A stretch of DNA of 64,000 nucleotides, from NCBI GenBank assembly GCA_011109175.1, contig RDEW01000001.1:476678-540677 (forward strand). The letters run 5' to 3'. Source of the stretch: Dicyema japonicum. Its lineage: Eukaryota > Animalia > Dicyemida. Under the pieces are notes generated by a model. The model ran no database searches, was not told where the DNA came from, and worked only from the letters and a program-made list of their open reading frames with translations. How positions within the stretch are numbered: position 1 is the stretch's first letter; each line of letters starts with the position of its first letter. Position numbers and translations under genes: made by a program. Shown piece by piece: positions 51,830-63,600 of the stretch.

Positions 51830-52650
51830 ATCAATGCTTATCTTCATCCTTCGGCACATTTCCCTTTAATTTTGATTTTTCTGACAAGTTTGACGTGACT
51901 TTAGACGAGGAACAAAAATAGTTATTCTTTAATTTGTTAACGCTTTATTCTGTCACTCTTATTTTTACATTAATTTCATCATTAATAGCCATTAACTAAA
52001 CCGTATTTCCCTCGTGGGCTAGAGGGAATAGCCATAAGGGATGTGCTCCTACAATCTTAGGGATTAGTCTAATTGTAACAGTGAATCCGATATTCTTAGG
52101 CCTTTCATCCTTTATTAAAAACATGACTGAACTAAACTTAAATATAAAAGAAAAATAACCTTGACAGAATTAAAGATTATGTTTGACTGTTTTGTCCCAG
52201 ATAACCAATTGCTGCATTGTCTCCTCTCACTATCAATTCCTCAGAATCAACTATAGGACAAAAGTTTTCCCTTCTGGTTTACGTTTGATCTTAAATAGTC
52301 AAACCATCCCCGATGCGAGAAAAGTTTGGTTACTCTTTGAGGATGACCAAGTCCACTGTTTATATTATGCAGTGATCGTACAATGACCATCCATGTTGTG
52401 AAACTGGAAATTCTGAGCTTTTTTTATGTTTTATGAAACGCATGAGTTTGTCATCATAAAAACAGGAAGGATGGAAACATAAATTCACCATGGAAACCAC
52501 TTTGAGTCATATTTACTAGTGTGAGGAGGGTGAAAGTCCTTTTAACATCAATTAGAGTTTGTGACTCCACAATTGGTGAACCATGTAATGCAGATTTGAA
52601 AATTATTGGATCCTAATTGTACCCCATAAACTTTAGTATTTCTGTCAAAA
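51830..52650 (-). CDS. Possible short-intron host gene with CUB-like segments
   Basis: Spliceable segment CSNW...IIFNSVK|FSSVMFLIKDERPKNIGFTVTI and an upstream SGFHGEF resemble CUB C-terminal strands. I could not build a full gene model. Confidence 0.25.
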
Positions 52651-52939
52651 ATCGTGAGTTACTTGGAAACTTGAGTATCACCCTTTCTATTGCAACAAGA
52701 AAAATGAAAATATTTAATGAACCATAGGTTTATATTAAGTTATTTCAGGCACCCACTCCGACCAAAATTTTATTAAACCGATTAGCCTACCAATATTATC
52801 TGAGAAGTTTTATTCCATAAAATCAGTAATTCCATTAACAACCCTAAAGTCTAATAACAAATGTAATTATCAACCCAAACTTCGACTTTTAGTATTTAAA
52901 TTCCACTACAAACAAAGCGTTCGTAAAAAAGACAAATGG

Positions 52940-53018
52940 AAATTCGAGTAAGCGTTTTCGCGGACAACTCCGATCCCAATTCGTTGCCTCAGCCAGACCG
53001 CTTTCCGCCAATTTCCCC
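52940..53018 (-). mobile_element. CRE-like 3' snippet next to the n gap
   Basis: Near copy of 53330-53385 (WLRQRIGI.VVR.NA). Confidence 0.6.
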
Positions 53019-53039
53019 NATTGCAACAAGAAAAATGAC

Positions 53040-53177
53040 AATTCACTGATGACGGCGTCACTCGTCAAACCCTTTCTGCATCGCAGATGCGTGGAACCTT
53101 CCACCAGGTGAACAGCAGCGAGATTCGAACCCATATCCTAAGTCACTTAAGCCCGACACCTAACCACTATGCCACCC
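53040..53177 (-). mobile_element. tRNA-derived SINE, copy 4 (head and body only)
   Basis: GGGTGGCATAGTGGTTAGG...GGTTCGAATCTC plus the hairpin body. Truncated near n53019. Confidence 0.87.
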
Positions 53178-53259
53178 GGCTTTATCACAAAGTCAACCAG
53201 AAAATTTGCTGTCATAAATGTGATCTATCTGATTACTGAAAATAACAACAATTTAATAA

Positions 53260-55150
53260 AAAATATTAAAATTAATTAACAATAAAATATTATTTATTAA
53301 CTATGGGGAAGAGCGGCTGCTGACATTACGGAGTAAGCGTTTCCGCGGACAACTGCGATCCCAATTCGTTGCCTCAGCCAGACCGGAAAAATAGTTATCC
53401 CATCCTGTCTTCTCCCATCTCCGCGGTCCAATCCCACGGGCTCCAGTACTGCCGGGAAGCCTGCAGCTTCAAGAGCACGCATGACAATGTTGTTCATAGC
53501 AGCATGACGGGGTGTTCTGCCCACATTCCTTTTGCACGAGAGGGGATGCAGCCCTTTGGCATTGACGAACCCTCCAAACGACATTGGTGTTCGACACAAA
53601 CATCAACTTCCAGGCGTTGTGCGATTCCAATCCGAATACAATCATCATCCAAAAAGGTCCCCGGGGAGGAACACGGGAATGCATCCATCCACGCTCCTCA
53701 CCCATGGTTGGCGGTGGACACGAGGCATGCAAGACCATGCTAGTTGGCCTCAGACTTTAGCACGTTGAAGATATTCTTAGAGTAGATATCATCCCAGTCA
53801 CGTTGCCTCGAAGGATCGTTCGGCATATCCAAACCAGTTTCACACCATTCGCGACGAGCTTCGTCGAAGACTTTTTCCCAAGAAAATCCGGTTGGAAAGC
53901 GTAGGATATCTTGGACCAAAAGGCTTCCACTTGAGAGCGATGACACATATGCTGGAAAGGCGATCTCCAGCGCCGACCTGAGACCCCTTCCTCCGAGGCG
54001 TGTAGGAAGCTTGCATTGATTCCAACTCGGCACGTCAAAGTGGATGTTTAGAAGGAATTCATCTGGTTTTCTCAATGTCCTATCAGTGACTGGAGGATGT
54101 CACGATGTTTGAAGCAGGGAGAACATCGGAGAGCATATATGAGTTTGGGCAAGCCGATGCTATTCTTCAAAAGGAAGAACATTGTATGAGCATCGAGTAA
54201 GGAGAGGTCCCTCTTTTGTTTGTAGATGGCTCCGCAGTTCCTTTTCGTCAAGTGGGCACCCAAGAAAGTATGTCCGCTCCCTGGGTAAGACGGTAATTCC
54301 AGGTAGTATCGAGTTGAAAGACTCGATCATGTTGATAAAATCACTCTCCGAGTATATGATATTTATTAGCCCCGATTTCTTTATATTTATCTCAAGTCCG
54401 AGGTTTCGTAGTGCCGGCATGGCATTTGACAGAACGTCATGAACTTATCTCCAAGGCCTCCATCAAGATACCAGAGGTTTAGTTGTGTGTTGATAGAGCG
54501 GACAATTTCATCGATGGCCAGAGCAAGAGAAGTGGACCAAGTGGGTCCCTTTGTTGGACTCCAGTCTCCGAACAGATAATCTTGTCCCCGAAAACAAGTG
54601 AAGAATTGGTTCCTTAAGAGAGGTAGACAAGTGGAATAAGTTCGGGGGCTCGTTTACTTGTAGTTTCAAAAATTTGATCCCTCCTTAGTGAATTGAAGGC
54701 ATTGCAGATGTCAAGCTTGACCCCAATGTATGGGTTTTGTTCGTCTTTCTATCCAAAAAAACACCTCGCAGCATGCACTGCCGCCTCGCATCCGTTCCTT
54801 ACACCAACCCCCAGTTAAAGGGGGGATAATTCTTCATTTATTCTCGGACAGACAATACTGCATGCGATTTTCGCTGTCAGTCTTCTGAAATAGTTGCCGA
54901 CCGTGATGGGGCAGACTCCACCTTCGGGTTTTTTGAAGGCCAGTAGATGTGCACTGAAAAAAAGCTCCCTTGCGTGAGGAGGAATATCTCCGTTCAAAAT
55001 ACGCATAACCAGTTTTGTAATTGATTTGACAAGGTTGTAGCCAGCTTCTGCGGTAGCCCCCGCCGTAAGATCCTTGATGTGACCTGGCCGTAAGCCATCG
55101 AGACCTCCACTGCAACTCCATGATGATGCAATTACACACCACAAGATCAC
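53260..55150 (-). mobile_element. CRE-like element, 5'-truncated and disrupted
   Basis: GLDGLRPGHIKD, LAFKKP, GVQQGDP, SPCF, WNQCKLP, HPLSC, IVRGNA. Shares its 3' UTR with the 14.6 kb copy. Confidence 0.9.
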
Positions 55151-55269
55151 CACGTGAAGGATAGTAATATTTTTTATATTTTAATTGATTTACAATTTTA
55201 ATGTTGCATAATCAAAGTAATCCAGCTTAGATAATTGAGTAGATGTTGCCCTTAACAACTGCTAGAGAA

Positions 55270-55480
55270 ATCTTTTGGAACAATTACTCAGTTTCCTGAC
55301 GTTCGTTACTCGCTTTGGTTATCATGTAACCCAGCGATCTTAGAAAAGAGACCGTTTTGGGCCCGAAGACTCCCTTCGTATAGACGAATACGGGCAGTAC
55401 GTAGAATTCTGTTGAGAGGCTGTAATATTTTCTTATTTTGAAATTTTCAAAAGTTCGAAGAGCCTCCTCAGCTTTCACCA
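55270..55480 (-). mobile_element. Diverged CRE-like REL fragment
   Basis: KIRKYYSL..F...P...T.G.FGPKT.SFL.SLG. Confidence 0.55.
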
Positions 55481-55869
55481 CTAGCCACTATCAAACAAAC
55501 TACTTGGATCGCTGGTGGAAAATTTAACGAAAATTCGCAAGATGTTGGAGGCTGGGATCACTGACTCAAATGAAAGCTCTTAAAAAGTTTATTAAGAGAC
55601 CATTAATGAACAAATTGCAGGTCCCATGGTCGAGATTGCCAAAGTATGAGAACATTATGTAAGTCTATTAGAACAAACGTACACCCATTGGCACATAGAT
55701 AACATTTACAGAAATCTCCATGGAATAATCTTTTTTGGACATCCACATGAAATCATGGTAATCCACTAAATGAACAGTAGAGTCCTCATCCATGTAATCA
55801 GTATCTGCATAGGAACTCGACGGTGATGTCTCTTCACGACTATTTCCTTTGTATGAATAGCCATTAGAA

Positions 55870-56460
55870 GTTTATTTATTTATCCCCAAAACCACCAAGA
55901 AAGATAGGTCAAACTAACTAATTAGGTGATCCCAGCCTCCAACAACATCAGAACTCTCTTCGTCTGGTCTACTGATGACCCAACCGCATTCCGAAAGCTC
56001 CTTCTTTTCCTTCTGCATAGGAATTCAATCGGCGTGACTTTTTTATAACCGACCGAAAATCCTCTGCATGGGCTACCTACCTCTTCCTTGAATGGGTTTC
56101 ATATTTCCTTGCAAAAACGTAGGAAACCCTGGCCATTATTCAACGTCTCCTCATCAGAAACGAGGCCACCAATGGAGATGTCAGTGTGGTGCATAATTTT
56201 CCGCCTTAGAGAGTTCAAACGATCCACTCTCGAAGAGGGAATCGCAAATTTTCAGGTGGAGCGGCCATATTCATTGGTATGAACGATGACTTATTGGTAG
56301 ACCTTGTTGACGCAAGCAGCAGTAGGGAAAGAGCTTTGCTTTATGATCGCTTTTAAAATGTTCCATTTCCGAATACCCTTGGCAAGCACCTCCTCCACGT
56401 GACTCGAGAACGTCATCAGAGAGTCGAAAACTATCCCAAGGATCTTACCAAAATTTTGTT
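55870..56460 (-). mobile_element. Ingi/Vingi-like LINE, 3' part
   Basis: KILGIVFDSLMTFSSHV...LLEAGIT*, then TTAGTTAG, the UTR and a TAAA tail. Confidence 0.75.
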
Positions 56461-56710
56461 AAAATTAATATATATTATAATAATTTAATAAAAATAAATT
56501 TAAAATAATGATTAGGAAGGGTCGTTATTATAATGGAATAAGTGTAAAGTTAATATTTTCATTATTATATTTCACAATTGGATGGAATATATTTGGATAT
56601 ACATTATATAATTTCTCAAATGAGGAACGTGAAACTAGTATTTTCACCCAATTAAGCCACAAGATTGGTTTATAACATTCTAATAAATTTTGTCAATATT
56701 TTCACATTAT

Positions 56711-56895
56711 TTTATTTCCCCCAGTTCTTATAACTGTGAAGACATCTCATTGACTATGAAAAGAAGGGAGATTATTTATCATTAGGGAGAGATAAGCTAA
56801 CATTATTTTATTTCTCCCAGTTCTTATAACTGTGAAGACATCTCATTGACTATGAAAAGAAGGGAGATTATTTATCATTAGGGAGAGATAAGCTA
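56711..56895. repeat. 96-bp direct tandem duplication that includes a splice-acceptor-like tract
   Basis: CAGTTCTTATAAC at 56722 and 56818. Confidence 0.9.
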
Positions 56896-57129
56896 TCAAA
56901 ACACCATCTAATTTGAGTAAGAACGATTACACTTAGTGTGCAGTTAGTTGGGATTATTATACGTGATTGCCTCAAAGAGACTGAGTTTTTGATTATTTCA
57001 ATTCTAATTAAAATTATTCCATTCGGAGATTATGTTGCTGAGTCATTTGTTGGCATTAAAGAACACTAAAAATACTGGTTTAGTATAACGAATGACTTAG
57101 TGACTAAAGAAAGGATTAATTGAAATTCT

Positions 57130-57845
57130 GAAATGCACCATGTCCCTCAAGATTTCAAGCGAAATAACAAACTGGGTGACACTTAGCACAGGAAATGTCA
57201 AGGAAGTATCCCTCTCTCAATTCTTACCCCGAAATCCGTATACAAAGTATCAGATCAATCGAAGGTCCCCATATCCATCATAAGAACCTTTGACCGTTTT
57301 GGAGACTGATAAACAGAAATGTTTCTACTCAACTGGGAGTTGGTGTTCCTTACGACTGTGAAATGATTATTTAATCAGTCTGATCATTCCCTCTTAGGTA
57401 AAGATTGACATAGCTAATGCTTCCAACTTGCGAAAGAGACCAAATGTTTGAAACTTGCCTCCATCTCTGGAGATCATTATTCGATTTTTATAACAGACTT
57501 GGAATCTTCTCGGTTGTATGAGGATAATTATGCTGGAACGGGAATGTGGAACAAAAATACCTCCTCTGCTGACGGAATCTACAACTCGTAGATGTGGTTC
57601 CGGATTTCTCCTCATTTGCGAAATAGATGGACACTCACTAAGCCTTTCACTGTTTCAAAAATTTCCTTCCCCAATAAGCTTCCTCTGCAAGGATCAAAGA
57701 AGGCATTTCCGTTCGACAGTGGTAACAATGGAGACGCAAAGGCTTAGGATGACACATTTGGTTGCGGGAACTGGGATCACCTAACTAGTTGTCATTACTT
57801 TGTCTTTCTTTCTCGGTGATCCCGGGGTTAATAAATAAATTATTA
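57130..57845 (+). mobile_element. Ingi/Vingi-like LINE, decayed 3' part
   Basis: TFD, IIPS, ASNL, ending AGTGIT*. 3' stem-loop CTCGG-TGATC-CCGGG and TAAA tail. Confidence 0.7.
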
Positions 57846-57849
57846 TTAT

Positions 57850-59460
57850 TAAAAGCACTTTTACAGAACCAAAGAACGTTATATTAACAAAGGTCCCGTT
57901 TGTGCCACACGTTTCAAACTCTACTTTACTAGGCGTCTCTATTGCCCTCTGCTTTGCGCATCTGTCCTTAGATCTTCTAGGTCTTCTGCAGATTTAAGTT
58001 TTCTTCCAATTCCATTAAGATCCTGATTTGTTCTCATTGTTAAAGTAATTGTCCATTATTATATTTGCAGGGGCGTTTATGTCTATTCTAAGCACGTGCC
58101 CTAACATTCTCCATCTTGATTTAATAATGTCGATGCTTATTGGCTTCGATTGTGCCACAGGGTATAATTTCTTATTTGAAATATTCTTGGGACAACCTAG
58201 GTCCGTTAAATTGCGTAATTGTTTTCGATGAAATATATCCATTTTCTTGATCTCCAGCTCTGTGACTCCCCATTTACCAGAGTTGTACATAAGCACCAGC
58301 TTTATATATGCGTTGTATAGTCTTATTCTTAGATTTGTTTTTATTATCTTTCGTCGACTCCATATCTTCTGCATTTTCTTATACATGGCAGTGGCTAGAA
58401 CTATTCTATACATCATGTCCTCACTATCACCAAATAAGGATCCTAGTTTCCATTTTTCCTCGATTTTTCATCAATATATTTTAATTCCCTTGTGATTCTT
58501 ATGTGTTCAGTCTTTTCCAGATTAACTCGGAGACCAATTCTTAAATACTCCAGGGATTTTCTTTAAAGCAAGTCCAAGCTCCAGATCATTTTCTGACACA
58601 AAATCTATGTCATCTGCATATATAATCTCCATCTGCATGCATCCTTCACATTTTGTTATAAGAGCTCTCAATGCCGCTTCCAGGTATACGACGAATAGAA
58701 CTGGAGATAGAGAGTCTCCCTGAGGTATTCCAACTGTTGTCCCGAAGGGCTTCGATGTGGTGTTCCTAACTCGTAAATTTAATTCAGTGTTAGATAATAG
58801 GAAACGGACAAGTCTTGTGTTATCCTTATCAAGAAAACTTCCAGCAACGTCCAAAAATGTTTTTCTGTTGACAGTGTCAAACTCACTGGACATGCCCACT
58901 TCCAAAATCTTAAAATCACTCCTGTATCGTTGAAACATGGCACATATCCACATGTGGGACCAAGCGAGTATCATTATTTTTACATGGTTCCATTCTCAGC
59001 CGCAATTTTTGTTTAATTAATAATGATCCAATTTCGTGATCGAAGACCCCTTTAAATCCTGCCGGCCTTTTTTCCCCAAGCACGTCGAAACTTGCCTTCT
59101 TTATTTCATCAACAGTAGCATTCCAAATCATCTCTGGGGGATTTTCTATATTTATGTTAACAATCTCCTTAATTGCCATACAATAATCTTCACGCGTCTT
59201 CTCACATAAGCATAATTTTTCCACAACTAAACGATCCAGATAAGCTCTATTCTTTCTAGCTCCATCTATTCCGAACTATCTTTTCATTCTGAAACGTATC
59301 GAAGGTTCTCAAAAATTTTAATGTTCTCAGGGCAATTATTGCAAAGACCCCGTAGCCAGTAGAAGAGGATTTGAACCTAAATAATTGTAATTCCTAATGT
59401 CCATGCACAGTGGAAATCCTAAAACTGTGGATCTATCCATCATAAGGTGGTTGTGTAAAA
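57850..59460 (-). mobile_element. RTE-like LINE with internal deletion
   Basis: GIPQGDSLSPVLF, IYADD, RIRLYNAYIK, RWRMLGHVLR, LKSAEDLEDLR. Linker and APE remnant upstream. Confidence 0.85.
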
Positions 59461-59488
59461 AACCAAATGACCTGCCAGACAAATTGAA

Positions 59489-60167
59489 TTAAAAGAAATA
59501 TTTATTTTTTCTTGCAAATTTAAATGTAAAATAATGCACATTTATGACATCTCCCCTACAATCCATAAGGAATGATGCAGTTTCCCCTTTAATTTTGAAC
59601 CTCCACGCTAAGCCAAGGAGACTTCTCTTTTCAGCAAACTGAACCTTTTCGAGGGGTATGATGAATGTGTTGAATTTTCGAATAGGAAATATGGTTTCTA
59701 TTTGTACGTGGTCATCTGGTAACTTGTATATTGACTTGACGACTCTAAACTGTGCAAATACAGCGACAGCCACCGAAATCCATCCTAAAAGGTTACATTG
59801 ATGTCTTACCGAGGGCATATAAGGGGGTAGAAATAAAATAAGAATCTAACTTCACAAATACTTCAGCCAAAGCAAAGTAAAGCATCCCAAAACCTCCCTG
59901 AACGGGACTGTACCAATATCGGATGAATTTATTACGGAGGTTATAAATTGGCATTTTCATGTTTGATTTTCTCCATGAATGTGTGCTTTGTACTAAGCTA
60001 CGACCAATCAAATACTTAGACAAACCAAAACCTCCCTGAACGGGACTGTACCAATATCGGATGAATTTATTACGGAGGTTATAAATTGGCATTTTCATGT
60101 TTGATTTTCTCCATGAATGTGTGCTTTGTACTAAGCTACGACCAATCAAATACTTAGACAAACACAT
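59489..60167 (-). CDS. TMEM223: TMEM223-like mitochondrial membrane protein; one 25-nt intron (59785-59809); in-frame 138-bp duplication at the N-terminus
   Basis: Two hydrophobic segments, then V.IET..P...F.IPLEKV and FKIKG...FLMD..G...N..YF, matching the TMEM223 C-terminal pattern as I recall it. Confidence 0.65.
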
Positions 60168-60244
60168 TATTATTTTAATTGTTATTAATTTTTCTTAATT
60201 ATATTAATTTTATTAAAATAATATTGCCAAATTGTATTAACTCC

Positions 60245-60320
60245 CTTGTCGGTCTGGGATTACTTAGTTGAGAACCTTTTATTTCTTTCTCTTTGACCCA
60301 GTGATCCTGGAGGTAATAAT
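60245..60320 (+). mobile_element. Isolated Ingi/Vingi-like 3' end
   Basis: Near-identical to 1335-1403 (GGAT.ACTTAG...TTTGACCCAGTGATCCTGGAGGTAATAAT). Confidence 0.8.
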
Positions 60321-60428
60321 TAACTCAAGGAGGCTTTTAACTTTGTTTTGAGGAATATTATCACACACAAAATATATTTGTTGAACATTGACGCAAACCT
60401 GAAATTATAGTTGGGAAACTTCTTAAGA

Positions 60429-60501
60429 AATTTTCGATGTGGTTCACCTTCACGTGGAGAAAATTGGGTACCAGTATCAAACTGGCAACTAAAAGAACCA
60501 C
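60429..60501 (+). ncRNA. HDV-like self-cleaving ribozyme fold at LINE 5' end
   Basis: P1 AATTTTC/GAAAATT, J1/2 GAT, P2 GTGGTTC/GAACCAC, P3 ACC/GGA (one mismatch), L3 TTCACGT, P1.1 GG (60466-67), P4 CCAGT/ACTGG, J4/2 with CTAA (C60489). Confidence 0.75.
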
Positions 60502-62380
60502 TACTATTCCCCTGTCAACCTTTTCAACGACCTCTGGGAAGTCGGACTGGATGATGGCGGCTATTGAGCGGGCGCGTAGCTTTCGCTCCCAAAGATCGGA
60601 TTGGCTACTTTTAATCCTAGCTGGGACATCGAACAGAACCCCGGGCCCCATAAAAACGGGAAATTCCTTAATATCATGTAATTCAACATACGGCCTCACA
60701 AATCAAATGAAATTTTTGCATTTTTAACTTTCCACAAAATTGATTTCGCCATGCTACAGGAAACGAAACTATCAAAAAAGTCAGTGCTTCCACACTACAA
60801 AGACTACTCAATTGTCCGCCGTAATCTACCAAATTCAAACAGGGGAAACGGTGTTCTCATACTCATACACTAATCTATTCCATTCTCCGATACTTCCTCT
60901 CTGACACTAGCTCTGTTTGAAGATGACGATCACATTGAACTTACTTCTGTCTTGGTGTAAATAAACCACACAAGGTACACATTTGTAAATATTTACATCC
61001 CACCACCAAGTCTCAGTATGAAACATTACTCCTAAAAACTAACCGAATTACAAAAGATTGAAAATGTGATAATCTGCGGAGATCTAAATGCAAAAGATCC
61101 TCTCTGGCTAATCGGCCAAAAGAGTAATGAGAGGGGTTTTCAGATCCTCTCTCAACTAGAACAATTAGTTATCCTCAATGACAGGAAATCACACACTCGA
61201 ACAGCTTCCAGACCTGGAGACTCTAATACATCACCCGACCTCACACTATGTTCTCCATCACTATCTTCGGCGATATCTTGGAGAATTGTATATGACCTCG
61301 GACTATAATCCAATTCTACTGTCAATCAAACTACTCTCGCCTATTGTTAGGCATCAGAAAACTATAACGAATTACAAACGTACAAAATGGGATTCATTCA
61401 GAGAAGAAACAGAAAAATTTCTATCCGACTTTTCCGTTGAGAATTTCAAATCGCTCGACGCCGCAAAGAAATTTTTTAATGAGGTCATCCTCAGTGCCGA
61501 CAAGAAATACATTTCAAGAAGACTCATTGCAGACTATAATCCAACCTTAATAACGAAATTACATAATTAATCAACAAGAGGAAATTGACCGTTGGAACAA
61601 TTTCATCACAAAAATTAACCACCGAACAAAACTAAAGGATTTTTGGAGCACTTTACGTGGAATTCAGTCGAAACAAAATAGAATGGAGACAACCCACGCC
61701 ACCAGTATTGACAAGAATCAAACACCACGTGATTTCACTCATCAGGTAGATATCATAATGGACCACTACGCAAAAGTGAGTCACATAGATATGACCAAAT
61801 GCTCTCGTCCGTGCAAATTGAAAAACGTTCAAACTCCTCAAGGAAAACCGATTGAAATCAGTACGTCGGATGTCCAAAAACTCTCCTGACAAAGAGCTTG
61901 ATGGAATCTGTATTTAAAGCACCTGGGAATGCAAGGACTCAAAGCAACAACAGACATAATTTCTGTGTCCATCAACACCTACAGAATTTCTGCACTATGA
62001 AAAAAATCCAAAATAATCCCAATCCTGAAGCCCAAGAAAGATCCTTCGGAACCGGGATTTTTCAGACCAATTTCACTACTATCTGTAGTATCGAAGATTG
62101 TTGAACGTGTTGTACTGAAACTAATATCGAAGTATCTTCCCTTCCCTGATTTTCAACATGGCTTTCGTCCATAATACTCAATCTGGAGAGTTCCAGCCAC
62201 CATTGCCACTTGAGGCCATGATATGAATGAACTATAGAACGCGCCAGTCACTCGACCGATACGTGCTTGTGTGGGGTCGAAGGAGGAGCATCGGGCCAAG
62301 ATGAGGTCCCTGCTAGAGCGTGCTGGAATCACGTGATTAGTTAGTTTGTGCAACCATGGTCTCTGGTGTTGTTATTATTA
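60429..62380 (+). mobile_element. Ingi/Vingi-like LINE with 5' ribozyme and 2A; most of RT deleted
   Basis: LILAG-DIEQNPGP (1-nt deletion), APE (QETKL, GDLNAK, SPDLTL), QHGFRP, then a jump to RPIRACVG...LLERAGIT*. Confidence 0.9.
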
Positions 62381-62554
62381 GTGATGTGGGTTTCGAAGGT
62401 TTTGGTTCTGCTTGTACCTTCTTAAAAATTCCATGTCATTATCATTATTACCAAAAAATAAAAAAAGTCATAAATAGTTCAACGTCCACAACAGACACCT
62501 GCCTCATTGTTAAGCATTGAAATTCATGCTGGATTTGGATCATCTGACAGAATG

Positions 62555-63600
62555 GCCATGTCTTTAGAGCGTCTCTTTTGGCCATAAGATAGAAAATATC
62601 TGGAATTCTCGTCAAAATATGAGAAGAAACCTTCTCCCTACTAAGATTAATCCAGGATTCCAAGACAAAACAAAAGAGAAAACTAAACATGGACATCGAA
62701 TCACCGATACTCATAGTAAGTCGATCAATGACGTGATGAACGGCATTGGGTCGCTTATATGAAAAGGAAAAAGGATTAGAAGGGAGATGGCCTTTTGAGC
62801 TGATTTTCAAAAAATGGGTTTCATAGCTTTTTGCACATACGTAGAAAGCCTTAACCATTTCTCAACGTGCCGCCTCTGAAAGGAGACTGAGGATGGATAT
62901 GGTGTTGATTGCATATTCCATGTATGGAAATTACTCTCCTATAATCGAGGGAAGGCTGTGTCTACTTCAGGATCGTAACATGTTTTTTGATAACGGAAAA
63001 ACAAAGTGGGGACATTGTAACTCAGCAAAGAAGATCGTCGATCACCTTGCAACCTTCGTGGGAGAATGCTGAATAGCTCATATCAAAGCGGTCATGTTTA
63101 CACCTACNTTGTAACTCAGCAAAGAAGATCGTCGATCACCTTGCAACCAAGTGTGGGAGAATGCTGAATAGCTCATATCAAAGCGGTCATGTTTACACCT
63201 ACATCTCTGCCGTCAATATGGAATAAGAAAAACTAAGAAACTGAAGACCGATTCAGTTGAGTCTGTTGTCGTAACTGAATTTGTGGAGATTCGTGTAGAC
63301 ATGAAGACCAGTGCGGATACAGCTGTAACAATAACAAATCCGACATTTTCGTTTAAAATAAGACAAAAAATACGATTACACTTGTTGAAATTGGGATCAC
63401 TTCCCAAAACTGCCTCAAGCAGGTTGAGGTAGAAAAGTTCCAGTATGACCTACTGGCGAACTCACTTGAGATTATCCGCATAGGTGAAAATAATCCATGA
63501 TGTCATCACGGTGGAGGAGAGGGTCAAAGCTTGTATACAAACGTTAGTGTTACGGAAGACTTTGGAGAGTCTGCAAGCTGAGGAAAGGAATATCTATGGT
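62555..63600 (+). mobile_element. R4/Dong-like element, 3' part
   Basis: LQDRNMF...HC...VDHLAT, PDIF...VEIGITSQ..L.QVEVEK..YDLLAN, VLRKTLESL. Confidence 0.8.

Noticed and set aside
14560-53300. Shared target site (spliced-leader RNA, telomere or rDNA) for the CRE-like copies
   Set aside because: Flanks beyond the common AT-rich 3' UTR show no shared sequence in this window.
40096-63202. Direct repeats at 40.1-40.6, 42.6-43.05, 46.75-47.28, 49.07-49.40 and 63.02-63.20 kb as biological tandem repeats or LTRs
   Set aside because: Each pair meets exactly at a single n, the signature of unmerged contig overlaps.
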